A stretch of DNA of 50,454 nt from Spirulina sp. (GCA_011390265.1 JAABSU010000001.1:1-50454), one strand, 5' to 3'; positions 18,323 to 27,886 are shown, numbered from the stretch's first letter. Numbers and translations are program-made. Notes: generated by a model not told the origin, from the letters alone.

Positions 18323-18658
18323 ATGAGTTTTGTAAGTAGACTTTTTGGTAAGGCGGAAGAAGTCAAGGCTAAGGCAGTTGAAAAAATTCCTGTCCTCCAA
18401 AATGCCAAGGAAAAATCGATCCCTGCGGAAAAGGTCGGTCTTGATGGCAATTTTGATGAAAGCGGTCTGGCTAAACGGGTGGCAAAAGCCCTCGATGATG
18501 CCAATATTTCGGATGAGGTGGGGTTGTGGGTTGCCCAAGAGGGGAGCGTTGTTGTCCTCAAATACAATGAGGATGCTAAAAGCGTTTTATCCCAAGCCGA
18601 AAAGGTGGCGCGGGGTGTGGACGGCGCAACCACTGTGAAAACGGTTGTAAACAGTTAA
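18323..18658 (+). CDS. BON-domain/phospholipid-binding small protein
   Basis: VGLDGNFDESGLAKRVAKALD...VAQEGSVVVLK...VDGATTV pattern. GGAG lies upstream of ATG 18323. Confidence 0.75.
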   Translation: MSFVSRLFGKAEEVKAKAVEKIPVLQNAKEKSIPAEKVGLDGNFDESGLAKRVAKALDDANISDEVGLWVAQEGSVVVLKYNEDAKSVLSQAEKVARGVDGATTVKTVVNS

Positions 18659-18721
18659 TTCCAACCCTCCGCTTGCGAAGACAGAGCCGACCAAAGGTAT
18701 AACCAACGCTCATCTGTACCA

Positions 18722-18753
18722 CCCCCCTTTTTAAGGGGGGGCAGGGGGGGATC
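18722..18753. repeat. CCCCCCTTTTTAAGGGGGG-GCAGGGGGG-GATC repeat arm, possible bidirectional terminator
   Basis: Reverse complement of the left arm of 906-1018. Lies between convergent genes. Confidence 0.75.
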
Positions 18754-18800
18754 CAGCCACAGCCCCAAATAAATCCAGGGCGGGCAGCGAGATCAAAGCG

Positions 18801-19325
18801 TTAAATCCGTTTACGCATCGATTCAGCCCGCTTTTTCGACACTTTATTCTCAGGATCATGTACTAAAGCCTCCTCATAGGCCTTCAATGCTTGAGCCACG
18901 AGCTTTTTCTTTTCGTAAACATTGCCCAAATTATTCAACGCCACCACATAGGCCGGGTAAAGGGCGATCGCATCTTTGTAATGGCGGATCGCAATATCGT
19001 ACTGCTCCTGGGCAAAATAGGCAAAACCCGTCGCATTATGGATTAACGCCATGTTTTCTGGCTCCACCTCTTCCTTTTCCGCTACCTTCAGCGCCCGCTG
19101 AAACACCGCCACCGCTTGGACGTAGAGCTTTTTATCTAAACAGAGACTACCAAATTCATAGTAATCCTTGGCCGTGCTTTCTCCTTCCTTGAGGGTGTTT
19201 TGTAACTTCTCAAAACGGAGATCTTGCTGCCGGGTGCGCCAAACTTGGCGAAACACAAAAATTGAGGCAGCACTCAATAAAATCAGTAAAATTACAATGT
19301 AAAGCGTGGGTAACGTTTCGTTCAT
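18801..19325 (-). CDS. ycf37: TPR protein Ycf37 (photosystem I assembly)
   Basis: N-terminal TM helix plus three TPR repeats, 174 aa, matching the Ycf37/Pyg7 architecture. Confidence 0.75.
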   Translation of the reverse strand: MNETLPTLYIVILLILLSAASIFVFRQVWRTRQQDLRFEKLQNTLKEGESTAKDYYEFGSLCLDKKLYVQAVAVFQRALKVAEKEEVEPENMALIHNATGFAYFAQEQYDIAIRHYKDAIALYPAYVVALNNLGNVYEKKKLVAQALKAYEEALVHDPENKVSKKRAESMRKRI

Positions 19326-19357
19326 AACAGGGAATTAAAACAAGAATTGAGCGTAGG

Positions 19358-20038
19358 TTAACGGCGGGAGGGACGACGGCGGCGGGCCGGCGGCGGCTGG
19401 CGTTGTAGATCCCGACTCATACTGATGAAAAAATCCCGCCGTAAACAGGGGTATTCTCCCACCCAAAGGTCTTGACTGGGGATATAAACGTCGCTAATTT
19501 TTTTGATCTCGTTGAGATCTGGCTGATTAGACATCACCAGACATTCCGCCACTTGACCGGGGGCGAGGAGCTTGTGGGTACGGCGGAGGGGGGCTTGGAC
19601 GATGGTGCGGAAGCCGGTGCGATCGCCAATTTCTAAATTAATCCGCCGCTCCCGATTTTCGACAATTACCAACTCCCCCCGCTGGTTAAATGTCTCCTCC
19701 TCTCGCACCAAATCGTCAGAAATAAACACATCCAAGACCCGCCCCCGCCAAAAGCCGCTATATTTCCAGCGGCGATACTGGCTGTTGCGGACACTGGCAA
19801 AATAGACCGGCGACCATAGCCAATAGAGGCCCATGATGATCCCCAGGAAAAATTTAAACCCGGCGGCTACCCCTTGAAAGAGAATATTCAAGAGCAACAA
19901 CGCCACCACCCCGACGACGCTAATCAAGATGCGACGCACGAGATCTTGAATCCCCCCCCATTGGGCCATGTATTGGGAGCCGGTGGCGATCGCCGGAATC
20001 AGTTGTTTAAATTTTTCGCGGGTAATCGGCACTAACAT
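19358..20038 (-). CDS. Conserved cyanobacterial membrane protein
   Basis: Two TM helices, LIPAIATGSQY and EETFNQRGELVIVENRERRINLEIGD. Co-oriented after dapB. Confidence 0.8.
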   Translation of the reverse strand: MLVPITREKFKQLIPAIATGSQYMAQWGGIQDLVRRILISVVGVVALLLLNILFQGVAAGFKFFLGIIMGLYWLWSPVYFASVRNSQYRRWKYSGFWRGRVLDVFISDDLVREEETFNQRGELVIVENRERRINLEIGDRTGFRTIVQAPLRRTHKLLAPGQVAECLVMSNQPDLNEIKKISDVYIPSQDLWVGEYPCLRRDFFISMSRDLQRQPPPARRRRPSRR

Positions 20039-20047
20039 GGGCAGGTT

Positions 20048-20875
20048 CTAAAGGATATTTTCCAGACCATAAACCAAGGTTTTCAATTCCGTCACCTTGC
20101 GGATCGCCAGCACCACACCGGGCATAAAGGAGGCGCGATCGCTCGTATCGTGGCGCAGGGTGTAGATCTGCCCAGGGGAGCCAAAGAGCACTTCTTGATG
20201 GGCTAATAGCCCCGGCAGGCGAACGCTGTGCATCCGGATATTCTCCGCTGTACAACTGCCCCGCGCTCCGGGGAGTTGTTCCGTTTCCTTCACTTGGGGG
20301 GGATTGTAATGGTTTTTAATCTCCGCCAACATTTCAGCGGTTTTAATCGCCGTACCGCTGGGGGCATCGGCTTTTTGGTTGTGGTGGAGTTCGATGATTT
20401 CCACATGGTCGAAATATTTCGCCGCCTGCATGGCGGCCTGCTGCATCAGGATCACGCCGATGGAAAAATTGGGGGCAATAATCGCGCCCGTGCTGGCTTT
20501 TTCCGCAAAGGCCCCTAGATCTTCGATTTGCTCCGCCGTCAGTCCCGTCGTCCCCACCACCGGCCGCACCCCATAGGCGATCGCACTGCGAACATTTTCA
20601 TAAACGCTATCGGGGTGGGTAAAATCTACCATCACCCCTTGAACGGGTTCTTGGGTGGCGAGGACTAAAACACTCTGGAGGTCAGGCAGGATCGGGATTT
20701 CCAATTCCCCACACCCCGCCAGAATCCCCACATCCTGGCCCGTTAACTCCGGGGTACGATCCACCGCCCCCACCAGGTGCATTCCTTCGGCCGCGGCCAC
20801 AGCTTTCACCACTTCGCGGCCCATTTTGCCCGCAGCCCCATTAATGACAACGGGGATTGATCCTTCCAAGGTCAT
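20048..20875 (-). CDS. dapB: 4-hydroxy-tetrahydrodipicolinate reductase
   Basis: GAAGKMG, GTTG, APNFSIG and [17 protein letters not shown]. Confidence 0.98.
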   Translation of the reverse strand: MTLEGSIPVVINGAAGKMGREVVKAVAAAEGMHLVGAVDRTPELTGQDVGILAGCGELEIPILPDLQSVLVLATQEPVQGVMVDFTHPDSVYENVRSAIAYGVRPVVGTTGLTAEQIEDLGAFAEKASTGAIIAPNFSIGVILMQQAAMQAAKYFDHVEIIELHHNQKADAPSGTAIKTAEMLAEIKNHYNPPQVKETEQLPGARGSCTAENIRMHSVRLPGLLAHQEVLFGSPGQIYTLRHDTSDRASFMPGVVLAIRKVTELKTLVYGLENIL

Positions 20876-20946
20876 AGGTTTACGTTTCTGTGAATTGACG
20901 TGCGATAAAATCCGATCCCCATTGTACAGGGGAGTGGGGAGTGGGG

Positions 20947-21531
20947 TTAGCTGTGAATGCGGGGTTCGGGGTGGAGGGTGCTGAGGATCTCGCTTTCGGC
21001 GATCGCCAATTCCTCTAGGCGGGTTTTTACCACGGCGCGATCAAAATAGGTGTCTGCCAGCACCCAATAGGCCCCGTAGTGGCGAGCCTCCGAGGCCATC
21101 AGGCTGCGGTAAAACTTCGCCAACTCTGGATCGGGGCAATGCTCCCCAATCAGCCCCAAACGCTCATGGGAACGGGCTTCAATCAAACAGGAAACCAAGA
21201 GGAAATCGAGCATTCGCTCTGGTTCTTGGCGACGGATCAACGCCCGCAGGGCCGCGCCGTAGGGGGGCGCATTGAGGGGGGCGAGGGGAATGCCCCGACG
21301 GTCGAGCCATTGGTTCACCAGGGTGAAATGTTCCAGTTCTTCCTGGGCGATCGCCGTCAATTTATCCACCAAGGCACGACTGGAAGGGTAGCGAAACATT
21401 AAATTTAAGGCCGCTGCCGCTGCTTTGCGTTCACAATGAGAGTGGTCGAGTAAGATCAAGTCAAGGTTAGCGATCGCTTGATCAATCCACGCCGTCGAAG
21501 TGGGCTGTTGAAGAATGTTGATGGTGGTCAC
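20947..21531 (-). CDS. miaE: tRNA-(ms2io6A)-hydroxylase
   Basis: [26 protein letters not shown] and SEARH di-iron motifs. Confidence 0.95.
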   Translation of the reverse strand: MTTINILQQPTSTAWIDQAIANLDLILLDHSHCERKAAAAALNLMFRYPSSRALVDKLTAIAQEELEHFTLVNQWLDRRGIPLAPLNAPPYGAALRALIRRQEPERMLDFLLVSCLIEARSHERLGLIGEHCPDPELAKFYRSLMASEARHYGAYWVLADTYFDRAVVKTRLEELAIAESEILSTLHPEPRIHS

Positions 21532-21782
21532 TGGCCGCCGTGCTCTCAGGGAATCTACAAGTTGTTAATTTAAGCGATCTACCGGGTTTTTTACGAAAAA
21601 TCTGCACAAGAGGTCGCAAGTTTTAAAGGGTGAGCCGCCGGAGTTACAACTAGAACCCTAGGAGTTGACTAGAATAGAACCCTGATCTCAGGGAATTTTG
21701 CGGTCATCTTTTCTTTAACGATCGGGTTCCCCCCCATCGGTTTCACTTTGTCCCTCAACGCGAAGGTGTAAGATCACGCTTT

Positions 21783-22526
21783 ATGAATCGTCGCATATTT
21801 GTTGGAGATGTTCATGGCCACTACGATGCGTTAGTGATCCTGTTGGAGGCGATCGCCCCCAGCCGGACGGATCAGGTCTATTTTGTCGGGGATTTGATTG
21901 ATCGCGGCCCCAAGAGTGCCCACGTCGTCGAATTGGTCAAGAGTCATGGCTACCATTGCCTCTTGGGGAATCATGAGCAAATGGTCTTGGATGTCATTGA
22001 TGGCCCCTATAGCCAGGAGCATTGCCGCCAAGCTTGGCTCTATAGCGGTGGCCAAACGACACTGAACAGCTATACCCAGGGCAACATTACCCCGGAACAT
22101 CTCGCTTGGATGCGATCGCTCCCCACCCACCTCGATTTAGGAGATGTGTGGCTTGTCCATGCCGGGATTGACCCCCGCATGCCCCTTGACCAACAAACCG
22201 CCGAACAATTCTGCTGGATTCGTGATGAATTTCACAGCATGCAACAGCCTTTTTTTAAAGATAAATTAATCATCACGGGCCACACGATCACGTTTACCCT
22301 CCCCGGCGTGATGCCAGGGAAACTAGCCCAAGGCCCCGGTTGGCTCGATATCGACACCGGAGCCTATCACCGCCAAAGCGGTTGGCTGACGGGCTTGGAT
22401 TTAACCCACAAACGGGTTTACCAGGTCAACTGCCGCCAAAACCGCCTCCGCACCCTCGACCTCGCCGATGCCGTCACCCGCATCAACCCGGCTCGCATCT
22501 TCCCCCGCCGCATGGTCAGCCGCTAA
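21783..22526 (+). CDS. Ser/Thr protein phosphatase-like metallophosphoesterase
   Basis: GDVHG, GDLIDRG, GNHE, VHAG, GHT and IDTGA. Confidence 0.93.
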   Translation: MNRRIFVGDVHGHYDALVILLEAIAPSRTDQVYFVGDLIDRGPKSAHVVELVKSHGYHCLLGNHEQMVLDVIDGPYSQEHCRQAWLYSGGQTTLNSYTQGNITPEHLAWMRSLPTHLDLGDVWLVHAGIDPRMPLDQQTAEQFCWIRDEFHSMQQPFFKDKLIITGHTITFTLPGVMPGKLAQGPGWLDIDTGAYHRQSGWLTGLDLTHKRVYQVNCRQNRLRTLDLADAVTRINPARIFPRRMVSR

Positions 22527-22555
22527 ACCATTGTTGATCGTTGTTGATCGTTAAT

Positions 22556-22600
22556 GTAGGGGCGAAAAATGTTTCGCCCCCACGCCGATTTGCGATCGCA
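22556..22600 (-). repeat. Uninterrupted REP with HIP1-containing extension (empty counterpart of 3380-3448)
   Basis: Reverse complement TGCGATCGCAAATCGGCGTGGGGGCGAAACATTTTTCGCCCCTAC matches 3380-3448 minus the 24-nt insert, with 2 mismatches. Confidence 0.9.
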
Positions 22601-22629
22601 TCCCTCAAACCAGATTCTCGATTGAGTCC

Positions 22630-23589
22630 TCATCTTGACATGGGCAAAAAGGGCGTAGGCTTTTGATCCGTGGGCGGGTTTACCAGTTGTACTTCGTCAC
22701 AATCAACGACACTGACTTGGTTTTGCTGACGGATGCTACAGATCAAATAGGCATCGTAGGGGCTATTTTCCGCCGCACTGCGCGATCGCGGCCCCTGCCA
22801 TTGGGCATCCCAGCGGAGTTGATAAGTATTGGGTGGATCTAGTTGGGGAGAGGCGATCGCCGTCACCTGCCAAAAATCATCCTCCGCAATGCGCTCCCAT
22901 TCGGCCCGATCTAAGGCCGGTTCAACAAAATCCGGCATTTGATAAGGGGTGTGATAAAGCCCCTGGAGCCAACGCTCCATGGTGCCCCAATCTTGATTAC
23001 TGAGTTGTAACTCAATCGCCGGGCGAAGTTGACCCAATAAAGGCACACTGCGAGGTAACACTAAAGAACCTAACTCCACTTGGCGCACAAACATACTTTC
23101 GCCAAAATCATCCACAAACAAACTGGGATACATCACCAACCAGCTTTGCAAAATAAAGAAAAACTGAATCCAGCAGGTGAGTAAAATTTGGCTGCCAAAT
23201 AGAATGACTAAAAACTGACGCGATTCTCGTTTGGGTAGATGCCAATGCAAATCTTGATCAACGGCATAGGGAATGACGGCTAAACTGGCAGCAAGGGGTA
23301 ACCAAGCCAGGAGCAGAGGTTGAATATCAATTTTGATTAAGTCATGGATGAATAAACAGATGAGGGCGGAGGTCAGCCAGGGAGTCCAGGGCCAGGACTT
23401 TTCCAGGCCAACCCAAGTTAGGCCAACGGAAATACAGATAAAGCCGGCATAGGCGAGGACTTCACGAAAAAAACCTTGAGAGAATACTGAAGTGATGAAA
23501 AAGAGGACGGCTAGACCATTGAAGGTTTGCCATGAATTAAACTGCGTCGGCTTAACTAGGTTTAATAAATAGCTGAGAAATTTAAGCAT
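22630..23589 (-). CDS. fraD: Septal junction protein FraD (DUF5357)
   Basis: About five N-terminal TM helices, SWQT, CWIQFFF..WL..YPSL..DDF..S.FV motif, and a periplasmic C-terminus with two Cys. Start overlaps the fraC stop. Confidence 0.8.
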   Translation of the reverse strand: MLKFLSYLLNLVKPTQFNSWQTFNGLAVLFFITSVFSQGFFREVLAYAGFICISVGLTWVGLEKSWPWTPWLTSALICLFIHDLIKIDIQPLLLAWLPLAASLAVIPYAVDQDLHWHLPKRESRQFLVILFGSQILLTCWIQFFFILQSWLVMYPSLFVDDFGESMFVRQVELGSLVLPRSVPLLGQLRPAIELQLSNQDWGTMERWLQGLYHTPYQMPDFVEPALDRAEWERIAEDDFWQVTAIASPQLDPPNTYQLRWDAQWQGPRSRSAAENSPYDAYLICSIRQQNQVSVVDCDEVQLVNPPTDQKPTPFLPMSR

Positions 23590-24136
23590 AGTATTGTAAG
23601 ACTGCAATGAGCAGCACCAATAAAATGACGCTATTGCTGGCAGCATTTGCCCAAAAAATAGCGGTGATTTTTTCGGGATCTGTATAGGTGATGGCTGCGA
23701 TTAATCGTTGCCAAAACTGGAGGCGTTCTTCATCTGTTTTTAGTTCTGGCCATTGACTAAAAATTATTTCTAAAAAACCCAAACCTTTAAATTCAACAAA
23801 ACAGACTAAAAAAAATAAAAACAGCAATAATGCCACAATGACGAAGTTGAACAGGGTTTGATTTTGAATGTCATAAAATCGTCCTAACAAAATATAGCTG
23901 ATCAGTTGTAACTTAGCCTGCGGTGGGAGAAATACCTGCATCACAAACCCAAACAGCCAGACGGCGATCGCCGACAGCAAGTTAATCGCCGCTGAATACT
24001 GAATACACTCGCGATGGGTGAGCAGGAGTTGGCGGGAGAAAATATAGGCCTCGATGGCAATGCTGAACAGCAACGCCAGCAGTTGGAAGATGATGATCGG
24101 AATCGGGATCACAACCCAGGTGAAAATTTCAGCCAT
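23582..24136 (-). CDS. fraC: Filament integrity protein FraC
   Basis: FQLLALLFSIAIEA, YSAAINLLS, KLQLISYI, VEFKGL and FWANAAS. Hydrophobic 184 aa, directly upstream of fraD. Confidence 0.82.
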   Translation of the reverse strand: MAEIFTWVVIPIPIIIFQLLALLFSIAIEAYIFSRQLLLTHRECIQYSAAINLLSAIAVWLFGFVMQVFLPPQAKLQLISYILLGRFYDIQNQTLFNFVIVALLLFLFFLVCFVEFKGLGFLEIIFSQWPELKTDEERLQFWQRLIAAITYTDPEKITAIFWANAASNSVILLVLLIAVLQYYA

Positions 24137-24191
24137 CGAGAGAGGAATAGCAAAGTTAAATGAACGAACCGCAACTTTTATGAAGGTTTGG

Positions 24192-24209
24192 CTGTAATTG
24201 CGGTTACAG
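24192..24209. promoter_or_regulatory. Palindromic operator CTGTAA-TTGCGG-TTACAG (fits NtcA TGTA-N8-TACA; alternatively a TetR operator)
   Basis: Perfect 6-bp arms in the divergent fraC/tetR intergenic region. Confidence 0.5.
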
Positions 24210-24260
24210 TCAACACCCTAACGCTACCTTTAGATCATATACCCCACCTGAGTCAAAGCC

Positions 24261-24902
24261 ATGCGAGTTTTTCACCGGCGACCTTCTACTCCTACGGTTC
24301 CCACTGAAGCAAGTACTCGTGATCGTATTCTTCAGGCAGCCTTGAAGCTTTTTGCCCGCCAAGGCTATGAAGGCACGACCACTAAAGATTTAGCCCTAGC
24401 CGCAGGTGTAGCAGAGGGAACTTTATTCCGTCACTTTAGTAACAAAAAGGCAATTTTGATCGAAGTTGCTACCAAAGGCTGGGTTGAGATTCTCACGGAT
24501 TTGCTGACGGAATTGAGTGAGATGGGCAGTTATAAAGCGGTGGCCCAGGTGATGCGGCGGCGGATGTTGCGGATGGCGGAAAGTAGCGACCTGATGCGGG
24601 TTTGTTTTATGGAGGCCCAGTTTCATCCTGAACTGCGCGATCGCATTCAAACAGAAGTAATTGTCAAAATGACCGATGTGGCGGAAGCCTTTTTTGAAAC
24701 TGCTATGGATAAGGGCATTTACCGACGGATGGATCCGCGTATTGTCGCCCGTGTTTTTCTGGGGATGTTTGCCGTCGCAGGTTTTTCCGACCAAACGATT
24801 ATGGAACCCAACGCTTCCCCTCAAGCCATGAAGGAAATGGCGGAGGGTTTGGCGGATATTTTCCTCAATGGGGTGTTAGCCCCGGAGGGAGGAAAAGGGT
24901 AA
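24261..24902 (+). CDS. TetR/AcrR family transcriptional regulator
   Basis: RDRILQAALKLF..GYEGTTTKDLA..AGVAEGTLFRHFSNK HTH. Confidence 0.95.
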   Translation: MRVFHRRPSTPTVPTEASTRDRILQAALKLFARQGYEGTTTKDLALAAGVAEGTLFRHFSNKKAILIEVATKGWVEILTDLLTELSEMGSYKAVAQVMRRRMLRMAESSDLMRVCFMEAQFHPELRDRIQTEVIVKMTDVAEAFFETAMDKGIYRRMDPRIVARVFLGMFAVAGFSDQTIMEPNASPQAMKEMAEGLADIFLNGVLAPEGGKG

Positions 24903-24947
24903 AAAGGGCGAAAAGGGCGAAAAGGGCGAAAAATGTTTCGCCCCTAC
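24902..24947 (+). repeat. REP palindrome preceded by tandem AAAAGGGCG units
   Basis: (AAAAGGGCG)x3 followed by AAAAATGTTTCGCCCCTAC. Confidence 0.85.
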
Positions 24948-24954
24948 CGATTAT

Positions 24955-26265
24955 TTAGGTGATTTCGTCGGCGCTTACCCATTCATCATCGGAACTGCCA
25001 TAACCGATGTAATGGACAAAATATTCATCCTCTTTGGCCTTGCGGATCACGGCGGAACACCATTCCTCCTCATCCTCATCCCAAACCTTCACCGTTTGCC
25101 CCACGGCATAGCCATTATCATCGGGGTCGCCGAAGTCGCGCGATCGCACATCCGAGGGATCAACCCAATCATCATCGTCGCTGTCATAGCCCTCATAGTG
25201 AACCTTATATTCCAGCAGGTTCTTTTTCTCCCGCACTTTGAGGATTGTCGCCTCATACCAATCCTCATCATCCTCATCCCACACATCCACCCGTTGCCCC
25301 ACCGCGTAATCGGAGGAAGGCGTAGTTCCAGGGGTTGCCGTGGGTTGGGCGGCACTGGCGACGGGTTCCGGTTCCGCTTGCACTTGGGCATGGGCGGCTA
25401 AGATCACCGCCCGGGCGACGGTTTGAATCCCGGTATGTTCGTAGTAGTTGGTCATTTGATCCAACAGGGCGGCGATCACATCCAGTTTGCCACCAGCTCC
25501 CTGAATGAAATTGCCTAAACTATTGGCAATGGTTTCGGGGGTAATCCCGGTTTTACTCACAAACCCGCTCATCCACCCCTCAACAGCGGTAAAACTTTGG
25601 TTGACAAAGCCCGCCTTATCCTGGGGACTGTTGCCCGGTAGATATTGATTAACGGCTAAAAAGAGGGGATTTTGGGTGATGATGCTCGTGTCTGCGGCTT
25701 GGGTCAGTTCATGGATTTTGAGCAAAAAGTCTGTGCCCAAGGGTAGGAGCGCATCAATACAAACCAAGCTGGCCATGCGGATCAGGGCCGCATCTTGGTA
25801 GTTGTTACTCAGGGCTTGGACAAAGAGGGCGGGATTCGGTTCGAGTCGATTGAGGCGACAAAAAGCCAGTAACTCCACCGCCACCTTGAGCACCAGATCG
25901 ATACTTTGTAATGTATCGGGCTTGGGGGTGATGTTGTTCAAAAAGCCGAGAAAGCTAATTTTTTCCCCCACCTTATTGGCAAGGGCAGCGGTTGCCATGC
26001 CAAAATCCGCTTTATCGATGGTTTGGTAGAGGCGGACTGTGCCTTGGTAGGGCTGTTGATTGTCGAGGTAGAGGGCCTGGGCGCGATCGCGAATCCGGGC
26101 AATGCGGCTGGGGTTGGTTTCCCCCGTCACCGTTTTGATCATCTCGTCAAAATCAACGGTATTCTCCCACTGGCCGGGAGCAATCAAATCAATGGCCTTC
26201 AAAACCTTAACGGTAATATTGTCGGCGGGTAGGGCATCAACAAGCTGAACAATCGTATCTGCCAT
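24955..26265 (-). CDS. Conserved cyanobacterial hypothetical domain fused to two C-terminal Tudor-knot/chromo-barrel-like repeats
   Basis: Two repeats of YAVGQxVxVWDED.E.W..A.I.K....Y.VHY.GY....D.WV after a Pro/Thr linker. Confidence 0.8.
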   Translation of the reverse strand: MADTIVQLVDALPADNITVKVLKAIDLIAPGQWENTVDFDEMIKTVTGETNPSRIARIRDRAQALYLDNQQPYQGTVRLYQTIDKADFGMATAALANKVGEKISFLGFLNNITPKPDTLQSIDLVLKVAVELLAFCRLNRLEPNPALFVQALSNNYQDAALIRMASLVCIDALLPLGTDFLLKIHELTQAADTSIITQNPLFLAVNQYLPGNSPQDKAGFVNQSFTAVEGWMSGFVSKTGITPETIANSLGNFIQGAGGKLDVIAALLDQMTNYYEHTGIQTVARAVILAAHAQVQAEPEPVASAAQPTATPGTTPSSDYAVGQRVDVWDEDDEDWYEATILKVREKKNLLEYKVHYEGYDSDDDDWVDPSDVRSRDFGDPDDNGYAVGQTVKVWDEDEEEWCSAVIRKAKEDEYFVHYIGYGSSDDEWVSADEIT

Positions 26266-26315
26266 CGTTAGTCCTTGGGTGAAATCCCGTAATTCTTCTT
26301 TAGGATCGAGCCACT

Positions 26316-27230
26316 TTAAGGATTTTCAGCCGCTGTCGTTATGAAATGTGATATTTCCTCGCCAAGGGCATGGCGCTGAGAACCCTGGATGTGAAAAACG
26401 GTGATTTCGGGGCGACTCCGCAGGCGCATCGGTACGCCCCCCATGCCAATGCCGCGATTGGTGTATTGGATCATTTGCCCTACTGAGTATTGGCCGGAGG
26501 GATAGCGATCGCTCATTGGGGGTAGGTTATAAAAACGGTGGAGCCGGATTTGGCCGCCGTGGGAATGGCCGGAGAGTTGCAGGGCAAAGCGGCCGGTTTG
26601 GGCGGCGGTGTCGGCAAAGTTGGGTTCATGGGCGAGGAGGATAGCGCAATGACCGGGGGGCATTCGTTGCAATAAGCCTGGTAAATCCGGCTGCCCCACC
26701 CAGGGATCATCAATCCCCGCGAGGGTGAGGGTTGCGCCGTGGTGGGTGAGGGCGATCGCCTGATTGCTCAAATCCCGGATCTGATTTTCCTTGAGGAAAT
26801 GGCGCACTACTAAGGGATTCGTCCAATGATCATGGTTGCCCAGGATGCCATAAACCCCTTGTTTTGCCCGTAATTTTTGCAAGGACGCAAGGATAATCCG
26901 GTCATCATCAAGATCATCCCCTTCGGTGACAAAATCCCCGGTAATCACAACAGCATCGGGGGTTTGGGCATTGACTTGCTCCACAACCCGCTCCAGGGTA
27001 TTGGCGTGGAGGGATCTGACATGGAGATCGCTGATCTGCACCAGGGTAAAATCCTTGAGCGTGCGATCGCACCCCCCCAGGGTCAGATCCACCGATTGCA
27101 CCGCTAGCCAACGGGGTTCGATTTGGATCATATAGGTGAGGAGCATCGGGATCAGGATCATAGCGAGGAGGGCGATCCGCAACAGCGTACCCATCACCCC
27201 CCTGCCTATCCATCGCCGCAATCCTGCCAT
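26316..27230 (-). CDS. YkuE/YaeI-like metallophosphoesterase
   Basis: SDLH, TGDF, GNHD, LAHEP, SGHSHGGQ and NRGIG. Start taken at ATG 27230, just after the GST stop. Confidence 0.9.
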   Translation of the reverse strand: MAGLRRWIGRGVMGTLLRIALLAMILIPMLLTYMIQIEPRWLAVQSVDLTLGGCDRTLKDFTLVQISDLHVRSLHANTLERVVEQVNAQTPDAVVITGDFVTEGDDLDDDRIILASLQKLRAKQGVYGILGNHDHWTNPLVVRHFLKENQIRDLSNQAIALTHHGATLTLAGIDDPWVGQPDLPGLLQRMPPGHCAILLAHEPNFADTAAQTGRFALQLSGHSHGGQIRLHRFYNLPPMSDRYPSGQYSVGQMIQYTNRGIGMGGVPMRLRSRPEITVFHIQGSQRHALGEEISHFITTAAENP

Positions 27231-27232
27231 CC

Positions 27233-27886
27233 TCAACCGTGCCGTTGGAGGGCGGTGCGAATCCGGGGCAGGAAGGCCATCACCTCCATGGGGGTGGGTT
27301 GGGTGGCTTGCCAACTGGGGCGGGTCGAAAGGCGATCATACCAAGCGGAAATTTGCGGATAGGGGGTTAACTCCACGCCCAGGAAGGCATCCAGGATCGT
27401 GATCGAAACGCCCGCAACGATATCGGCAAATGTAAATTGGCCCGGCACGAAAAAGTCCTCGCTCAAATGCTGTTCATAGAATTGCAACACCGTAGCCATT
27501 TTTTCTGTGGTTTGCGCCAGGACTTCAGCGGGAACCTCAATGCCCACTTTGGCCTTGAGTTGGGGGTACATCAAGGGGGTTAGTTCGTGAACCTGTACCA
27601 TTTCGATCATGCGCACGCGGGCGATCGCCTTTGGTTCTGTAGGCATCAGCGGCGGCGTGGGGTATTGGGCTTCGAGGTAGTCCAAAATGGCCAGGGATTC
27701 AATCACAGTAAAATCCTCATCCACCAGCACCGGCACATGATGGAAGGGGTTCATGGCGAGAAATTCCGGGGTGAGTTGATCGCCATTGAGTTGTACCGGC
27801 ACAATTTCCGCATCGAGGCCCTTTTCGAGCAGAGCAATATGGACGCGGCGGCCGTTATTGGAGAGGCGATTCGTATGGAGTTGCAT
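27233..27886 (-). CDS. Glutathione S-transferase family protein
   Basis: NPFHHVPVL, ESLAILDYLE, FTFADI and RPSW. Confidence 0.93.
   Translation of the reverse strand: MQLHTNRLSNNGRRVHIALLEKGLDAEIVPVQLNGDQLTPEFLAMNPFHHVPVLVDEDFTVIESLAILDYLEAQYPTPPLMPTEPKAIARVRMIEMVQVHELTPLMYPQLKAKVGIEVPAEVLAQTTEKMATVLQFYEQHLSEDFFVPGQFTFADIVAGVSITILDAFLGVELTPYPQISAWYDRLSTRPSWQATQPTPMEVMAFLPRIRTALQRHG

Noticed and set aside
22531-22552. TTGTTGATCG tandem duplication
   Set aside because: Two-unit short tandem repeat, common in filamentous cyanobacteria, with no further structure.
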